Shown here piece by piece: positions 1 through 9,721 of a stretch of DNA of 32,000 nucleotides (positions within the stretch are counted from its first letter, which is position 1; the number at the start of each line of letters is the position of its first letter). Origin of the DNA: Candidatus Hermodarchaeota archaeon (GTDB lineage: Archaea; Asgardarchaeota; Heimdallarchaeia; Hodarchaeales; Hodarchaeaceae); the NCBI GenBank assembly GCA_048886185.1, contig JBHLKY010000024.1, positions 1 to 32,000 on the forward strand, given 5' to 3'. Position numbers and translations under genes: made by a program. The notes under the pieces were generated by a model. It did not search any database. It was not told the DNA's origin and saw only the letters and a list, made by a program, of their open reading frames with translations.

Positions 1-2
1 AT

Positions 3-137
3 CTGTGGTTGGCTGTCACAAAGGGGGATGACTTCATCACAGACCCAGCCAATTGGATCTTCCTATTTTTCTTAATCGTTGGGATTATAGCCTTTGTCAT
101 TGAATCGTATAAAATTTGGCGCTTAAAACCAGATTGA
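3..137 (+). CDS. 3' end of a membrane protein running in from the left edge (partial)
   Basis: Frame 3 is open from the window edge: LWLAVTKGDDFITDPANWIFLFFLIVGIIAFVIESYKIWRLKPD*, with one clear TM helix and TGA at 135-137. Confidence 0.6.
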   Translation: MWLAVTKGDDFITDPANWIFLFFLIVGIIAFVIESYKIWRLKPD

Positions 138-360
138 AGTCTAAAAAAGTCATTGCTGCAAAGAAGAGGATAATAATCGATCCAAGAATTTACGGAAATG
201 GAATTAAAGGGAATAAATCAAAGGGAGTATTTCAGTGAGAGGAGTTTTTAATTGGAGTCATTGTGAAATCATGAAAACTGTTAGTTGGATCAGATATCAT
301 CCTTGTGATGGGCAATTGCAGTTGATTTAGAAATCCAAAGGTTATTGTTTTTTTATTCAC

Positions 361-3354
361 TTACTCGCTTTTCATTCTTTTTCTTCGAATTATTATTAGT
401 ATAGTTGGTAGCGATAGTATAGTTATTACTGTAAATCCTGGGGAGATTGTTGGTTTTCCTGTACTTTTTGTCTCCTCTGTTGTTACCTTTTCTGTTGTTA
501 CTAGGGTTCCTGTCGTCTGAGAGGTTGTAACGAATGTACCATAGGTGGTCGTGGCTTCTATTGAGGTTGTCATCCAACTTGTGTAGCCAGTTATTGCTGT
601 TGTCTCACTCACTATCAATTCGTTTACTGTAACATAGATGTATGCTTCGTTATCATCATCCAATAACTCATTCGGGTGATATACAGTGATTCGTATAATA
701 TGATCTCCTGGATACTCTGTCATCCAGGTTGCAGTAAGTAACCATCCCTGGAAACTATCAATGGAAAAATAATCGCTAGCGATTAAGACCTCCTGATCTA
801 GGACACTGATATAATCATAGAGCTCCACTTGGATATTAATTGCATCTGTTAACCCTAGATTCCACAATTCAAACTTTATATCATATTCGATGTTGGTTTC
901 ATAGGTTCCTGTTAGCTCCTGGAAATATATCGCTAAGTCAGGGTACAATGAATAAACAAAGGTATTGAAATAGTCTATATCATTGTCAGGGTAGAGATCA
1001 GCGTCTGGGGCATTGTAATAATCTTCTATGACCCACAAATAGAGATCATGAGCCCCTCCTTGCACAGGAATCCAAGAAAAGGTAAATTCTTCGTAATAAT
1101 TGACATCATATATGGTTCCAAGGTTACTTATCAAAAAACCATCAATGTATCCCCATGGATCCAATCCATGACTTTCATTATATAGAGAATAAGCATATAA
1201 TAGTACTACTGCATCGATTCCTGGAGCTGTGGCTCCCCAGTTATAGACTGTTGCCTCAACGAGGGTTTCATACCCTTGTATCGATACATCATCAACTGCA
1301 GAGATTTCTCCTTCCAAGTCCACGTCTGAAGGGATTACATATATCCCATAGAAATCGTAATCATCTTCAGTATAGGGATCACCAGGACATGTAGCTTCTA
1401 CTACGAAGTAATAATACCCTCCTGTTGGCATTGTGTACGACACATAATCAGTTAGATAATAATACGAATCTAAACTGAATAAAGTACTGGTTACATGGTG
1501 GAATATTGAATTGTTCCAATCGTATGCCCAAATTGTGACATTTCCTATTCCATCAATATTAGAAGCGCCCCAATTCGTCAGTTCATAATAGATTTTGATA
1601 GTATTTCCTTCAGCAGGCCAGCCATCGGTTTCCGTATCTAGCCATATGAATGCCTCAACCGATCCTGTGTCAGGAATCACCCAAACATCAAAGGAGTAAC
1701 GATTATTTCCTGTTTCTTGTTCATTTGATGTGGTTGAAACGACTAACTCAATTATTCGCCATCCTGCAATACTGGGGGTCCAATTAAAGGTTAGTACCGT
1801 GTAGCTATCCGCTGGTAATGTACCATAGGTCGCGGAAGCTATAGTTTGAGGAGTCTCTTTGGCATTTAATCCATACTCAAAAATTGAGTACTGAACACCA
1901 TTTGCAATTGTAGTCCCCTGATTGAGTATTATGAATGCTAATGATATTTCAACGTTGATATCTGGGTCAGCCTCTAAGGAAGGAATCCACCCGACGATAT
2001 CTACCCCAATAGTGGGGGATACTTCTCCCTGATAATTAGGATCTTGTTTATTCAGGTCATAAACCTCAATGAATTCGTCCCACATGGAGTCTGTCCAGTC
2101 CATCCACCTCTTGGTAGTTTCAATTACTGCACTATTTGTTTGAATTGTAAGCCCAAAAGAATTTGGGTGGTATTGTCCATGATAATTGGAAATTACTAGC
2201 TGACTGAATCCACGATCAAAATCAGTCCAAATACTGTTGTTTATCAAGTTATTTTCGTTGAAATTCATCATTAAATCAAAGAAATCCACCGTCCCTGGAC
2301 TCTGATACTTTTCACTCATATTGATCGATGTTCCGACAAGGAAGGTATCAGTGAAATTTGTCGTTCCAACATCATCTTCCACTGCTGGATAAAGGATATC
2401 AGCCACCAAACCTTTAAATTCTGTAGCAAAGCCTCCGAATTTACTCAGTGATATCGCAGAAAGAGTAGTTGAATATTGTCCATTATTTTCGTAAAATCGA
2501 CCATAATTTGAGGTTATTGAAGTAGCTAGCTCTTCTGGAGTCATTAAAGGGTTATTTGCTAGATCTCTCATTATTAAATCATATGGCCATCCATCTCCAG
2601 GTTCAATATCCTCACTTGCAACAAGAATATTTGCATAATCTTGGTATTGATATGCTACCTCAAATGTGGCCATTAAACAAGCATCAAAACCAAGAATATC
2701 AATTTTTAGATCTTGGCCCGAACGAATTGTTTGCAGACTTGATTCGATCTCTTCTAGGTTAAGAAAATCATTTGATGAGCTTTCATCCCAACAAGCCCCA
2801 GCTATTCCACCACCATGATCCCAAAGAATGACTGCATAGTTATTCGCTTCATAGTTCTCAATTCCATATAATAGGAAGTCTGTTAAGGTGACAGGGTCAC
2901 CCATATTGAGTTCTCCAAGATTCTCAAGGAGCGTGGATGAAATTAAATTTGGATTGGTATCATGATTCACCAAGTATCTACGAGTATCAGTCCAGTCACC
3001 ATTGCTTGTGTCATAACCTGGAATTCTGTCAATCTGTACAATTACATTAATCTCAGCTGGAAGCTCAATACTCTCCATCTCATTTAGATCTCGCACTGCA
3101 AAGGTTTCGAGATCATTATCCCCAGCAATATAGACCAGAATTGTCCATTCTCTTGCAGCACTTCGTTTAAAGTTTGAAAAATCAATACTAGGTTGACCTA
3201 ATAATGGCTTATCTTGAATCTCATCATTTAGTTTATCTTTACCAATTACTTCCCTGTTTTTTGATAGCGGGGGGACTACGTAACGATCTAGATTACTAAT
3301 CGTCATTAAAAATAAGAATAATATCCCAATTAAGATTATTTTATTTGTTTTCAT
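361..3354 (-). CDS. Cell-surface clostripain-family (peptidase C11) cysteine protease with CARDB/Ig-like repeats and a PGF-like C-terminal anchor
   Basis: N-terminal signal/TM; C11 motifs WTILVYIAGDNDLE, ILWDHGGG (catalytic His) and LGFDACLM (catalytic Cys); several CARDB-like beta modules (e.g. PDLAI...FELWNLG...DDNEA); Thr-rich linker; then SPGF + TM + RRKR. Confidence 0.9.
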   Translation of the reverse strand: MKTNKIILIGILFLFLMTISNLDRYVVPPLSKNREVIGKDKLNDEIQDKPLLGQPSIDFSNFKRSAAREWTILVYIAGDNDLETFAVRDLNEMESIELPAEINVIVQIDRIPGYDTSNGDWTDTRRYLVNHDTNPNLISSTLLENLGELNMGDPVTLTDFLLYGIENYEANNYAVILWDHGGGIAGACWDESSSNDFLNLEEIESSLQTIRSGQDLKIDILGFDACLMATFEVAYQYQDYANILVASEDIEPGDGWPYDLIMRDLANNPLMTPEELATSITSNYGRFYENNGQYSTTLSAISLSKFGGFATEFKGLVADILYPAVEDDVGTTNFTDTFLVGTSINMSEKYQSPGTVDFFDLMMNFNENNLINNSIWTDFDRGFSQLVISNYHGQYHPNSFGLTIQTNSAVIETTKRWMDWTDSMWDEFIEVYDLNKQDPNYQGEVSPTIGVDIVGWIPSLEADPDINVEISLAFIILNQGTTIANGVQYSIFEYGLNAKETPQTIASATYGTLPADSYTVLTFNWTPSIAGWRIIELVVSTTSNEQETGNNRYSFDVWVIPDTGSVEAFIWLDTETDGWPAEGNTIKIYYELTNWGASNIDGIGNVTIWAYDWNNSIFHHVTSTLFSLDSYYYLTDYVSYTMPTGGYYYFVVEATCPGDPYTEDDYDFYGIYVIPSDVDLEGEISAVDDVSIQGYETLVEATVYNWGATAPGIDAVVLLYAYSLYNESHGLDPWGYIDGFLISNLGTIYDVNYYEEFTFSWIPVQGGAHDLYLWVIEDYYNAPDADLYPDNDIDYFNTFVYSLYPDLAIYFQELTGTYETNIEYDIKFELWNLGLTDAINIQVELYDYISVLDQEVLIASDYFSIDSFQGWLLTATWMTEYPGDHIIRITVYHPNELLDDDNEAYIYVTVNELIVSETTAITGYTSWMTTSIEATTTYGTFVTTSQTTGTLVTTEKVTTEETKSTGKPTISPGFTVITILSLPTILIIIRRKRMKSE

Positions 3355-3703
3355 TGTTGTTTTCCTTCAAATCATAAAGTTGTATAATATTGTTTCTTTA
3401 TTTTCTTTGATCTTTCTTCACCCATTCGGGTGTGGCTAACCCTAGAGTGGTTAAACTGATAAAAGAATAGCACAGAGATCTTCTTTGACGTGTATAATTT
3501 ATTGTTATCGCTACGAGAATCGCTAGCTACGATGCTCTCATTTAAATTATTATTGCAGGTGTTAAATCTCTTCTTTATATTATTTTGATCTATATGAAAC
3601 GTCTATAACTTCTTGCGTTTTCGTATATATACCGTTAGAAGTAGCAAGAACAACGAAACAAAGAAAATTTCCGGAACAATGATTGAATTTTGAAAGGTTT
3701 TTT

Positions 3704-4537
3704 TCATGATTCAGCTGTAAAACATCGCATAGAAATAGAGCCACCCTCAAAACCCTCATGAATATAGGTTATTCCTTCCTGTTTATCAAGAGAACCAAGA
3801 ACAAAGTAGAGGGGATCAAAATGTTCAGTTGTGGGAGCTGCGTATCTGAAGTGAGGTGCTATATTAATAGAATCAAGTAAATCATCAAAATTATTATTAT
3901 TTAATTGTTCCTTTATCCAATCATCGGTTTCTTTTGCCCATTTTTCTTCAGGGGCGGTTGACCAATTAGAAAAATCAAACTTACCCATTCTCATTTGTTG
4001 AAAGACATGAGAGAGATTATGCACTAAGTTACCACTCCCTAATAACATTACTCCTTCCTTCCTAAAATCTGAAAGAATTTGACCGATCTTAAACAATTTC
4101 TTTGAATTTCTAGGTATTGGGATTGATAGCTGTAAGAGGGGGATATTGGCTTCAGGATACATGATTTTCAAAGGAATCCATGCACCGTGGTCTAATCCAC
4201 GAGTATCATTAAATTGGGCCGTTACACTACTTGTATTAAGAGTATTAACAATTTTTTTTGCGAGTATCGCGTTACCAGGAGGATTATATTGTATTTGATA
4301 CATTTCTTCGGGAAAACCATAGTAATCGTAAATTATTTTTGGCTGAGACGCACTGGTAACCTGGAGAGGGATATTTTGTTCCCAATGTGCAGAAACAATC
4401 AATATAGAAAGAGGTTGGGTAATAGATTTAGCAAATTTCTGCAAATTTGTCCTATAATTCGTCTCCCAGATAATGTTTAAAGGTGCTCCATGTCCAATAA
4501 ATACTGCAGGGGTTCTTGGAGAGGCCATAATCTTCAA
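3704..4537 (-). CDS. DODA-type (4,5-DOPA) extradiol ring-cleavage dioxygenase, LigB/YgiD family; likely start is ATG 4528
   Basis: Motifs PAVFIGHGAP, IVSAHW, IIYDYYGFPEEMY, RGLDHGAWIPL, GSGNLVHNL and PTTEHFDPL. Confidence 0.92.
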   Translation of the reverse strand: MKIMASPRTPAVFIGHGAPLNIIWETNYRTNLQKFAKSITQPLSILIVSAHWEQNIPLQVTSASQPKIIYDYYGFPEEMYQIQYNPPGNAILAKKIVNTLNTSSVTAQFNDTRGLDHGAWIPLKIMYPEANIPLLQLSIPIPRNSKKLFKIGQILSDFRKEGVMLLGSGNLVHNLSHVFQQMRMGKFDFSNWSTAPEEKWAKETDDWIKEQLNNNNFDDLLDSINIAPHFRYAAPTTEHFDPLYFVLGSLDKQEGITYIHEGFEGGSISMRCFTAES

Positions 4538-4747
4538 TGTACTTAATGATAGATATAATAATTATCTTTAGATACTGATTTCGTTATAAATATGAAGTAT
4601 ACTGAGGGAGATATATGTCTATACCAAAAGAGATATCTTCAGGAGCTTGTCAAAACTTCTTAATTTGTCTGATTGATTTGTTTTGAAGTGAGGGGTATGT
4701 CAAATAGTTCAGAGATTGAATAAAACAAAAAATGAACAAGATAAAGG

Positions 4748-5173
4748 ATGGAAAGCATGCTAAAAAGGTTTCAGCGTAAAAGAAAGAAAAAATCGACGTT
4801 GGATAAGTTCATAGAGAGGAGACGTGAATTTAAGAAAGATGCAAAGCAATGGATCAGTATCGGCCGTGGTCAAGTCTTTGCGGGACAGGTTGATGAAGCC
4901 CTTGATACTTATAATCATGTCTTAAAAGAAGATCCATCCAATGAAGTAGCTAGATTTCTTAAACAGCAAGCGCTTTCCATTATTGAGGAAGCGAAAAATA
5001 ATCCGGGTGGATATGTGTATAGAATTAAGGGGGACTTTGCTGATCATGACACAGTTCCTTTTGAAGCTATCTCTGGCTGGTGGAAGGTCAATGATAACGG
5101 AGAGATTGAAGGAAAATTCATTCCCAATCCCGATCATGATCCTCACTTGGAAAAGTCATATGATCCACCTTGA
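4748..5173 (+). CDS. Small protein with a TPR-like helix pair and a C-terminal beta domain of unknown function
   Basis: Basic N-terminus; TPR-like WISIGRGQVFAGQVDEALDTYNHVLKEDPSN; C-terminal GYVYRIKGDF...VPFEAISGWWKVNDNGEIEGKFIPNPDH. Confidence 0.7.
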   Translation: MESMLKRFQRKRKKKSTLDKFIERRREFKKDAKQWISIGRGQVFAGQVDEALDTYNHVLKEDPSNEVARFLKQQALSIIEEAKNNPGGYVYRIKGDFADHDTVPFEAISGWWKVNDNGEIEGKFIPNPDHDPHLEKSYDPP

Positions 5174-5209
5174 ATTGGAAATAAAAGAAGAAAGAGTATC
5201 CTTTGTGGG

Positions 5210-5974
5210 GTGAAAGAAGGAATGAATAATACTGAAATAATATTCAAAGATGATCAAGGGAATATAATAAAAAGAGAAGATTTACTGAATAGCACAGGAA
5301 TAGTAAATTATGAAATTATTGGTACAGAAAACATTTCTCAAAAAGCAAAAGGCTTACACCAAATGGCTAGAGTCTATGGTCAATCTGGAAACTATGATAA
5401 AACGATAGAATTACTAGAGGACGCACATCGAGCTGCCCCTACCTGGCCTTATCCATTATATGACTTAGCATTTACTTATCTCTTAAAAGAGGACTTTGAA
5501 AATGCATTATTTAATTATGAAAAAGTTGATAGATTAGCTCCAAAAGGGTTTTTTACCTCAAAGGTTGCCTTATATACTCTAGAAAAGGAAAAGAATGGAG
5601 AATTCCCCGAAGGCCTTTATTTAGCTTATTTACAGCTCGAATGGATAAATAATCTAGAAGATAAAAGAGAAAGAGTTAAGTCTTTGATAGCACATGTCCC
5701 AAATTACCCCCCAGCTTGGAAAGAATTATCATCTTTGCTTGATGATACGTTGGAACGGAAGAAAGCAATAGAGAATGGTTTGAAACATAATCCTGATCCT
5801 GAAACAAAAGGAATTCTCTTGATTAACAAAGCTCTTATTTGTAATATGGAAAACAACAATCAAGAAGCTATCAAAATATTGGGTGAACTCATTTTTGACT
5901 CAAATTCAACTCTAGCGACAGTTGAATTAGCGAAATTTTCACTTCATTCTATAACCAAACAGAATCAGGAATAG
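5210..5974 (+). CDS. Tetratricopeptide repeat protein
   Basis: TPR consensus segments GNYDKTIELLEDAHRAAPTWPYPLYDLAFTYLLKEDFENALFNYEKVDRLAP and PNYPPAWKEL; GTG start. Confidence 0.85.
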   Translation: MKEGMNNTEIIFKDDQGNIIKREDLLNSTGIVNYEIIGTENISQKAKGLHQMARVYGQSGNYDKTIELLEDAHRAAPTWPYPLYDLAFTYLLKEDFENALFNYEKVDRLAPKGFFTSKVALYTLEKEKNGEFPEGLYLAYLQLEWINNLEDKRERVKSLIAHVPNYPPAWKELSSLLDDTLERKKAIENGLKHNPDPETKGILLINKALICNMENNNQEAIKILGELIFDSNSTLATVELAKFSLHSITKQNQE

Positions 5975-6189
5975 AATACACTTGATTTTTACAATCAAAA
6001 GGATGAACGATTGACACAGTATAATGATCATCGCATCAAGGATCAAATCTTTTTTCAATGTAGATGATTGTCAATAGGATTGATATTTTCTTCACCAACG
6101 TTGCAAATAATCGTTGTCCTTGGTTATTTCGTCTCTTTCTCAAATGTTTTATACTCTCAGATCCCTATTATTTGAATGGTGATTGTCCC

Positions 6190-6780
6190 TTGGATGAACA
6201 ACTCATGTTCAGGATCCTTTTCATCTCTATTTATGCCGTCTTTGCGGGAGTTAGAATTTATTATCGGAGCCAGAATCTTGGTAGAACCAGTGAAAAAGAG
6301 TCTACTCAATTAACTAAGGCCATGATCGTCCTCATTGTCGCTATATTGGGATACTTTCTGACCGTAGGTTTATGGCTTGTTTTTCCCCAATTTATCCTTA
6401 TCTTCCAGCTCCCCTTACCGTCAATAATACGATGGTTCGGAGGTGGGATAGCTTTAATCGCCACAGGTTTTACTTTGTGGATTCATCGTTCCTTGGGAAA
6501 ACAGTATTCTGCCAAATTGGAGATTCAAATGGACCATCAGCTCATAACAGGGGGGCCTTACAACAAAATCCGACATCCTATGTACACTTCTCTCAATCTC
6601 TTCTCCCTTTCTGTCTCATTAATTACAGCGAACCTCTTACTCATTGTATTTGCCATTTTTGTTGCTATTCCTTTCCATTGGATTACCAAGGTTGAAGAGG
6701 CACTTCTGATAGACCAGTTTGGTGATGAATACCGAGAGTACATGAACACTACTGGACGATTTTTCCCTCGTCTTCGTTGA
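6190..6780 (+). CDS. Isoprenylcysteine carboxyl methyltransferase (ICMT/STE14/PEMT-like) family membrane protein
   Basis: LGKQYS...HQLITGGPYNKIRHPMYT and C-terminal EEALLIDQFGDEYREYMNTTGRFFP; multiple TM helices. Start moved from the track's 6064 to the in-frame TTG at 6190, which follows a GGTGA Shine-Dalgarno-like site. Confidence 0.88.
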   Translation: MDEQLMFRILFISIYAVFAGVRIYYRSQNLGRTSEKESTQLTKAMIVLIVAILGYFLTVGLWLVFPQFILIFQLPLPSIIRWFGGGIALIATGFTLWIHRSLGKQYSAKLEIQMDHQLITGGPYNKIRHPMYTSLNLFSLSVSLITANLLLIVFAIFVAIPFHWITKVEEALLIDQFGDEYREYMNTTGRFFPRLR

Positions 6781-6919
6781 AAACTAATAGACGTATAAAT
6801 TTGATATAGTCCAAAATAATCCTTTAAGAGCTTCAATTTATTGGAAAAACATCTGAAATTCATCACTAAAGGGAGTGTTTTTGAGTTGTTTTCGTGATTC
6901 CATCTTTGGTTTTCCTTTC

Positions 6920-8434
6920 CTATTCATTATTAGCGCGTTTCCTATTCCAAAGCTTTCGTTTGAGGGGGATACAGCTTATTGACAGGATAATCAAAAGCAT
7001 ACTGGTTTCCCAAGTTGCACCAGCAGCTGGCTCCTCCCCAGTGGTGAGCTCAGAGGTTTCCCCAGTGGGAGGATAAATCATAGATTCGAGTAAAATAAGG
7101 TCTTGGAATGCTAATAATATTTGTAATTGATCGAGCAAATGTTGCGAATTTAGGTTTGTGGAAGAGGAATAGAACCCTGAATTTGGAGCTTTTAATTTTT
7201 CAATCAAAGAGTCAGCAATATATTTACTAGGTCCTAGATGTTCAAACAAGACTTTACAACGAATAATAAGACCCTGGTCACTGGCACGAATTTCATCAGA
7301 AGGTTGATGTAGTGGATTCGATGAATTGTAATATGCACTACATGTCCAATCTTCATTAATTAAATGGTTTGTAATGAATTTATTCAGGCGATCAATGAGA
7401 AATTCTATTGAAGATCCAATACTGAAAGCATTTTCAAGACAATTTAACGCAAGAATTAGCTCCCCCTGTTCTCGGCTGTGAAAGATTGAGGAGGATCGAG
7501 ATGAATTCAAATCAAAAAATTCTGGAATACCAGTTGTTCTGTCTGTTAACTGATCAAGAGTTACGACAGTATTTTTAGCGTAATCATTCAACATTGACAC
7601 GTTAAAAAGGGTCGGAAATTCGTTAGCTTTTGATAGAAATTCTATGAAAAGAATCTGATTGCTTGTTAATCGAGTTGAATCATTTGGAGAAACCCCTAGA
7701 GTACTGGTTAGGTTATCAATCTTAGGAAGTATTCTTTTCCAAAGTGACAAGCAAGCATTATGAAAAATCTCAAGATTATATGTGTCTAGAGGTATTTCCT
7801 CAGGTGTATAAGCGAGGAAAGTTCTTAATGCTTTGATTTGTAGCTCATATTCATCTACATCGGTATAAGAATTATTCCATAATAGGAATTTCTCGAAAAG
7901 TAGTTCTCTTCCAATATTCCACCATTTTGAGTCTTTTTGAAATTGATTACAGTACCATATTAGGTCTAAGAGCTCAGTATCAGAGATTAGACGAGAGGTG
8001 TTAATAGAACCATTAATTATTACTGGTGTAATTATTGAATGATCTGGAGATATCATTTCGTCAATAACAGTTTCCAAGTTTTTGGTTACTTGCTCAGGAT
8101 CAAAATCTTCTGGGATTGGTGTTGTAGTCTCGATTATAGGTTCAGTAATTTGAGTTGTGGTGATTTGAGTTGTGGTAATTCCTGAGGTATTATTGAAATT
8201 ATTGTTTGAACCATAATTACTCATGAGAGATGCAAGAGAGAGAACAACAGTGGGAATGATTAGGAGAAACATAATTCCAATCACTATTTTGGTAATATTC
8301 TTCCTGGGTCGAAAGATCATGGGGGATTTTCCATTTTGCATTCGTAAGAGTGATTTACGACTCTGTTTAATATAATGCTCAAGTTCTTGCTCAGAAGGCC
8401 CCTCGAAACCTTTTTGACCACGAACTTCGCTCAT
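6920..8434 (-). CDS. Membrane-anchored extracellular protein, probable (alpha/alpha) toroid (six-hairpin glycosidase-like fold), with a C-terminal sorting-type tail
   Basis: About 45-aa cytoplasmic N-terminus, a TM helix, an Asn/Thr-rich linker, repeating helices of type xxx[DNE]QxxxIxxL, many N-x-S/T sequons, and a C-terminal AAGATWE + hydrophobic + basic tail. The fold is an inference. Confidence 0.65.
   Translation of the reverse strand: MSEVRGQKGFEGPSEQELEHYIKQSRKSLLRMQNGKSPMIFRPRKNITKIVIGIMFLLIIPTVVLSLASLMSNYGSNNNFNNTSGITTTQITTTQITEPIIETTTPIPEDFDPEQVTKNLETVIDEMISPDHSIITPVIINGSINTSRLISDTELLDLIWYCNQFQKDSKWWNIGRELLFEKFLLWNNSYTDVDEYELQIKALRTFLAYTPEEIPLDTYNLEIFHNACLSLWKRILPKIDNLTSTLGVSPNDSTRLTSNQILFIEFLSKANEFPTLFNVSMLNDYAKNTVVTLDQLTDRTTGIPEFFDLNSSRSSSIFHSREQGELILALNCLENAFSIGSSIEFLIDRLNKFITNHLINEDWTCSAYYNSSNPLHQPSDEIRASDQGLIIRCKVLFEHLGPSKYIADSLIEKLKAPNSGFYSSSTNLNSQHLLDQLQILLAFQDLILLESMIYPPTGETSELTTGEEPAAGATWETSMLLIILSISCIPLKRKLWNRKRANNE
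8146..8180. repeat. 15-bp tandem repeat (~2.3 copies) encoding the TTTQI linker repeat
   Basis: taatttgagttgtgg tgatttgagttgtgg taatt; encodes ITTTQITTTQIT on the minus strand. Confidence 0.85.
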
Positions 8435-8441
8435 TTCATTC

Positions 8442-9263
8442 TCACTTCTGCAGAATACCCGACTCTAGTAAATTATTACAAAATTTTTCAATGTCTTGTG
8501 AAAAAGAATGATCATTTTCTCTTAATACATAAATTCTTTCTGTTACAAATGGAATTCGTCGAAAAGAGTAAATGGGACGTATAGTTAGTGACTTTGAATT
8601 ATTTCTCAAAGTATCCCAGATGAGTTGAACATTCTCCTCTGCTACTTTTACATCCATGTGATTGGGTTCAAAAGCAATATCTTCTCTATGCTCAATTTGA
8701 TTCATAATAGCAAAAAATTCTACGCCCTCTAATTTTGAATAACATTCAGATACTAATAAGTTCAATCCCTCAACCTCGGATCTAACTGGCCGTGTAACGA
8801 TCATTATTTTATCTGAAACAATCAAAGCATCAAGTGATCGAAATGTTACACCAGGCATACAATCTATGATCAAGAATTCATAATTCTGTGAATTGCAGTA
8901 GCGAATGAACTCAAAGAGTTTGGCGAGAATTCTCCCTTCTCCATGTTGGGTTAATTTTGAACGAACTTTGGATTGTTGGAGAATCTCAATCCCCGAAAAA
9001 ACACAATTAAAATTTGGAATATTTGTCGAGAATACAACATCTTTTGGCTCAACATTACCAACTAGAAATTCTGTTAGTGTTTTTTTCCCTGGTTCTTCAA
9101 TTAAGTACTTGGAAGGTAAATATGATTGGAGGGAAGGAGCACGAAGATCGAAATCGACAAGACAGACCTTCTTTTCGAGTGTGGCTAATTTCACAGCAGT
9201 GTTCACTGATAAAAGAGTCTTTCCAACTCCTCCCCGATAGCTATGAAAGGCAATGGTCTCCAT
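8442..9263 (-). CDS. ParA/MinD (SIMIBI) family ATPase
   Basis: Deviant Walker A HSYRGGVGKT, switch motif LVDFDLRAPSL, Walker B LIIDCMPG, and SDKIMIVTRP. Confidence 0.92.
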   Translation of the reverse strand: METIAFHSYRGGVGKTLLSVNTAVKLATLEKKVCLVDFDLRAPSLQSYLPSKYLIEEPGKKTLTEFLVGNVEPKDVVFSTNIPNFNCVFSGIEILQQSKVRSKLTQHGEGRILAKLFEFIRYCNSQNYEFLIIDCMPGVTFRSLDALIVSDKIMIVTRPVRSEVEGLNLLVSECYSKLEGVEFFAIMNQIEHREDIAFEPNHMDVKVAEENVQLIWDTLRNNSKSLTIRPIYSFRRIPFVTERIYVLRENDHSFSQDIEKFCNNLLESGILQK

Positions 9264-9689
9264 TTATTCATCAACACCTAGGGTTCTATATAAGACTTCA
9301 GTTGCTTTACTTTCAGGAGTTACTTTGACCCTTTTTTTCTGAATAAAACCGTTATCAGCTAAATAATTCAAATAACGAGATTCTAATCCTCTACTACGTC
9401 CAGTCTCAAGGGCAACGTCAGAACTTGTGACCCAATCATCTTCCTTTTGGATTGTTTTATAAGTAGTAAATAACCCTGGCCGAGAATCTTGGAGATCCAA
9501 TATTTCTAAGCTTGAAGGCATGGGTGGTTTTTCAGCGTCATTGAAGTTGAAGCGTTCTAAGCTTTCTGATCCTGTGAATTTTACTAAAAAATCATGTACA
9601 TTTCCCAAAGAACTTTCAATAGACATTAATTGATGAGAGATACTTTTCAATTCCCTTAAAATATCTTTTAAGACGCTATTATCATTCAT
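9264..9689 (-). CDS. Winged helix-turn-helix DNA-binding protein with an N-terminal coiled coil
   Basis: N-terminal heptad helix LKDILRELKSISHQLMSIESSL; C-terminal wHTH WVTSSDVALETGRSRGLESRYLNYLADNGFIQKKRVK...EVLYR; its stop TAA directly abuts the ATPase ATG. Confidence 0.82.
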   Translation of the reverse strand: MNDNSVLKDILRELKSISHQLMSIESSLGNVHDFLVKFTGSESLERFNFNDAEKPPMPSSLEILDLQDSRPGLFTTYKTIQKEDDWVTSSDVALETGRSRGLESRYLNYLADNGFIQKKRVKVTPESKATEVLYRTLGVDE

Positions 9690-9721
9690 TTTTACCTATT
9701 GTTACAAAATTACATGAGACC

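Noticed and set aside
3420-3465. Two small hairpins (CACCC-attc-GGGTG; TAACC-ctagagt-GGTTA) upstream of the clostripain, possibly a tRNA fragment or IS200/605 end
   Set aside because: The stems are only 5 bp, there is no cloverleaf or T-loop, and no transposase is nearby.
4616-4747. Short SD-preceded ATGs upstream of the TPR gene (ATG 4697 is in frame with 4748 but has three stops)
   Set aside because: An N-terminal extension would need two compensating frameshifts; this cannot be supported without homologues.
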